Of a stretch of 64,000 bases of DNA, positions 61,988 to 64,000 are shown piece after piece (within the stretch, counting starts at the first letter, position 1; the number at the start of each line of letters is the position of its first letter). Source of the stretch: Rhina ancylostomus (lineage: Eukaryota); contig JARFYF010000054.1 of assembly GCA_030265395.1 (NCBI GenBank), positions 31,042,642 to 31,106,641 of the forward strand, written 5' to 3'. Both the position numbers and the translations under genes were made by a program. The notes beneath the pieces were generated by a model. The model was given only the letters and a program-made list of their open reading frames with translations. It made no database searches and was not told the origin of the DNA.

Positions 61988-62610
61988 CCAGGATTTTACC
62001 AGACCAGCAGAATTGCTGGTCAGTAGAATAGTCCATAAAATACAGGAAGACACAAATGTTTAATAAATAGCACGAAAGCTGGCAGAAAATTTATGGGCCA
62101 AATGGCAGCCTCTTGTGCGGCCATTTTTGTTTGGACCCAACTATTCAAAAAAAATACAATAGCCTACATTTTACTGAACCATACCCATCGTGTCACACTA
62201 ATAACCATAGGCTATGCATTAGTTTTGTCATGCGAGCCAGTGTCACACAAACAGAACAAAGACTGTATTTTGACCATTTTTACAGCACCTTTAATAGCTT
62301 ATAATTTTCCAAGGCATTTCACAGAACTACTGACTTGAACCATGTATTAGGATACGCGCATAAAAATTAAAACAAATGGGTCGGTTTAAAGTAATCTTAA
62401 TTAGGGAGAGAGATGAAAAGGTTTTAAGGAAGGAATTACTAAGTTTAGAGTGTAGAGTATTAAGAGCAGATCAATGAAGAAATGGTAGATGCTGTAACTA
62501 ATGATGGATAAAAAAGAGGGGGAACATAAACAAGTCAGAGGTGAATGCTCATTTGGTATCCAAACAAGGTTTGCCTAACTAGGTTCTTTGTAATCACTGG
62601 TGTACTCTAC

Positions 62611-62792
62611 CTTTCCTTCTGGGGAGGAGGAAGCCATTTTCCGTAGGAAATCTTGCTCCTTGGGGTCCGATGCATACTGTGCCAGCTCATAGAGGACATT
62701 AGTACGTGGAGGATTGGTGATATCCAGATAATGTGACAGCGCTGTGCGGTATGTGGTTGGGCATGGGAATGGATGAGTTTTACTGGACTCCT
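62611..62792 (-). CDS. POR: POR coding exon (connecting domain)
   Basis: cag|..ESSKTHPFPCPTTYRTALSHYLDITNPPRTNVLYELAQYASDPKEQDFLRKMASSSPEGK|gtaga, 182 nt. Confidence 0.97.
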
Positions 62793-63456
62793 CTGGAAGC
62801 ATACAANNNNNNNNNNNNNNNNNNNNNNNNNNNNNNNNNNNNNNNNNNNNNNNNNNNNNNNNNNNNNNNNNNNNNNNNNNNNNNNNNNAACTGATCTCAA
62901 ACGAAGCAAAGTAAAGTCCAGATTAATATTTTAAAATTGCTCAGCAGAAAGGATTCTAGTGCTTCTGACCAGATTCATTGCAGGTTGCATGCTTATGTCC
63001 TAATTATTTTAGTTGATTGTAACTACTGATGGGCAGATAGTCAGTAAAACAGAAGGTTGGAAGTGCAAGAAAGATTTAAGTGTCACTGCTGTTGAAAAAC
63101 TACTGCAGTTAGGTATACCTCTGCTGCAGACTCCAGGTACACAAGGACTGAATTTGAATTATTTTCCCAATGCCTCATTGTGACCAAGTCTGAGATCTAA
63201 AGATCAAATCACAATGAACTCTATATTTATACAGCCAGTGGCTTTCACTGTGCTACATTTTGGTTACATTTTATTAACATGTAAAATTGGTTACATTACA
63301 TTTTAGTTAAAGCCCCTTGCCCTAAGAAATAAACAGCAGATTTCTCTATTTGAATAGGAGCTGTTAATATACCATCATTGAACAAAAATTCAGTTCTTCC
63401 TCCTACTTTTCCCATTCCCACCATTTACTGAATTATGAAGCTTACTTTCCACTTAC

Positions 63457-63575
63457 CATCAAGATTTTTTAAAGAGAAGACTGTATCCAAGTCAGAGTTC
63501 AGTATTCTGCCAATTTCAGACACGATTGTGGAATCGTTAATGGGGAACACTGCCACATGATCACCACTCTCATAT
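63457..63575 (-). CDS. POR: POR coding exon; upstream exons lie beyond the window
   Basis: tag|..YESGDHVAVFPINDSTIVSEIGRILNSDLDTVFSLKNLD..|gtaag, 119 nt. Confidence 0.96.
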
Positions 63576-64000
63576 CTACAACAGAGAAAGCAAGCACAAG
63601 TGAGTTTGGAACACAAGTATAAATGACCATCCACCTACTTAGCTGGCCTCAAAGATCAGAAATGCTCTTATTTCCCTCAGACTGAATCTTTTGCTACGAG
63701 ATTACGAATATTGCTACAGTAAATCAAAAACAAAATGTCAGAAGCACATAGGACATTAGAGAAACAGAGTCAACATCGCAGATTTAAAGGATGGGGGGGG
63801 GGCAGGGGGAAGGATGGTGATTTGGGGTCAGTGACCTGTAATTTCTCCCTTCACAACTGCTCAAAGGCTACAGATTAAGCAAGATTGCCAATTGGTGCCT
63901 AGATTTGTGATGTCACTATTGTTAAAGTGGACTAACTCAGCACAAGGTGAGAATTAGTATTGGAGCCGTTGACCTTAAATTGTTCAAGTCCCATTACATC

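Overview
Vertebrate genomic DNA, most likely a cartilaginous fish (shark or ray) judging by its repeat families (CR1, Rex/Babar, V-SINE, DeuSINE-like, hammerhead-bearing Penelope-like short elements). It is a draft scaffold with nine N-gaps (11229-11328, 17100-17199, 26217-26957, 30708-30752, 37252-37419, 38290-38389, 43973-44072, 47697-47912, 62807-62888). Genes I can support: the last coding exon of ORAI2 (+, 3120-3671); an orphan first coding exon of a CHMP4C-like ESCRT-III gene (+, 17292-17502) with no downstream exons found; a complete 12-exon TMEM120A (+, 27132-45552, 338 aa, all introns GT-AG and phase-consistent); and the last seven coding exons of POR (-, 63575 down to 52711), convergent with TMEM120A. 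The most unusual signals: (1) the orphan CHMP4 exon plus an 85-nt candidate exon that could join it in frame to TMEM120A exon 3, although a scaffolding artefact is a strong alternative; (2) several stop-interrupted, coding-like segments on the minus strand inside TMEM120A introns, suggesting an unidentified decayed antisense gene; (3) many copies of an inverted-arm repeat carrying minimal hammerhead-ribozyme cores, including a recurring variant core; (4) two solo-LTR-like insertions and a few compact regulatory or RNA-structure motifs in POR. All identifications were made by eye and from recalled family knowledge, no searches were run, and repeat boundaries are approximate.
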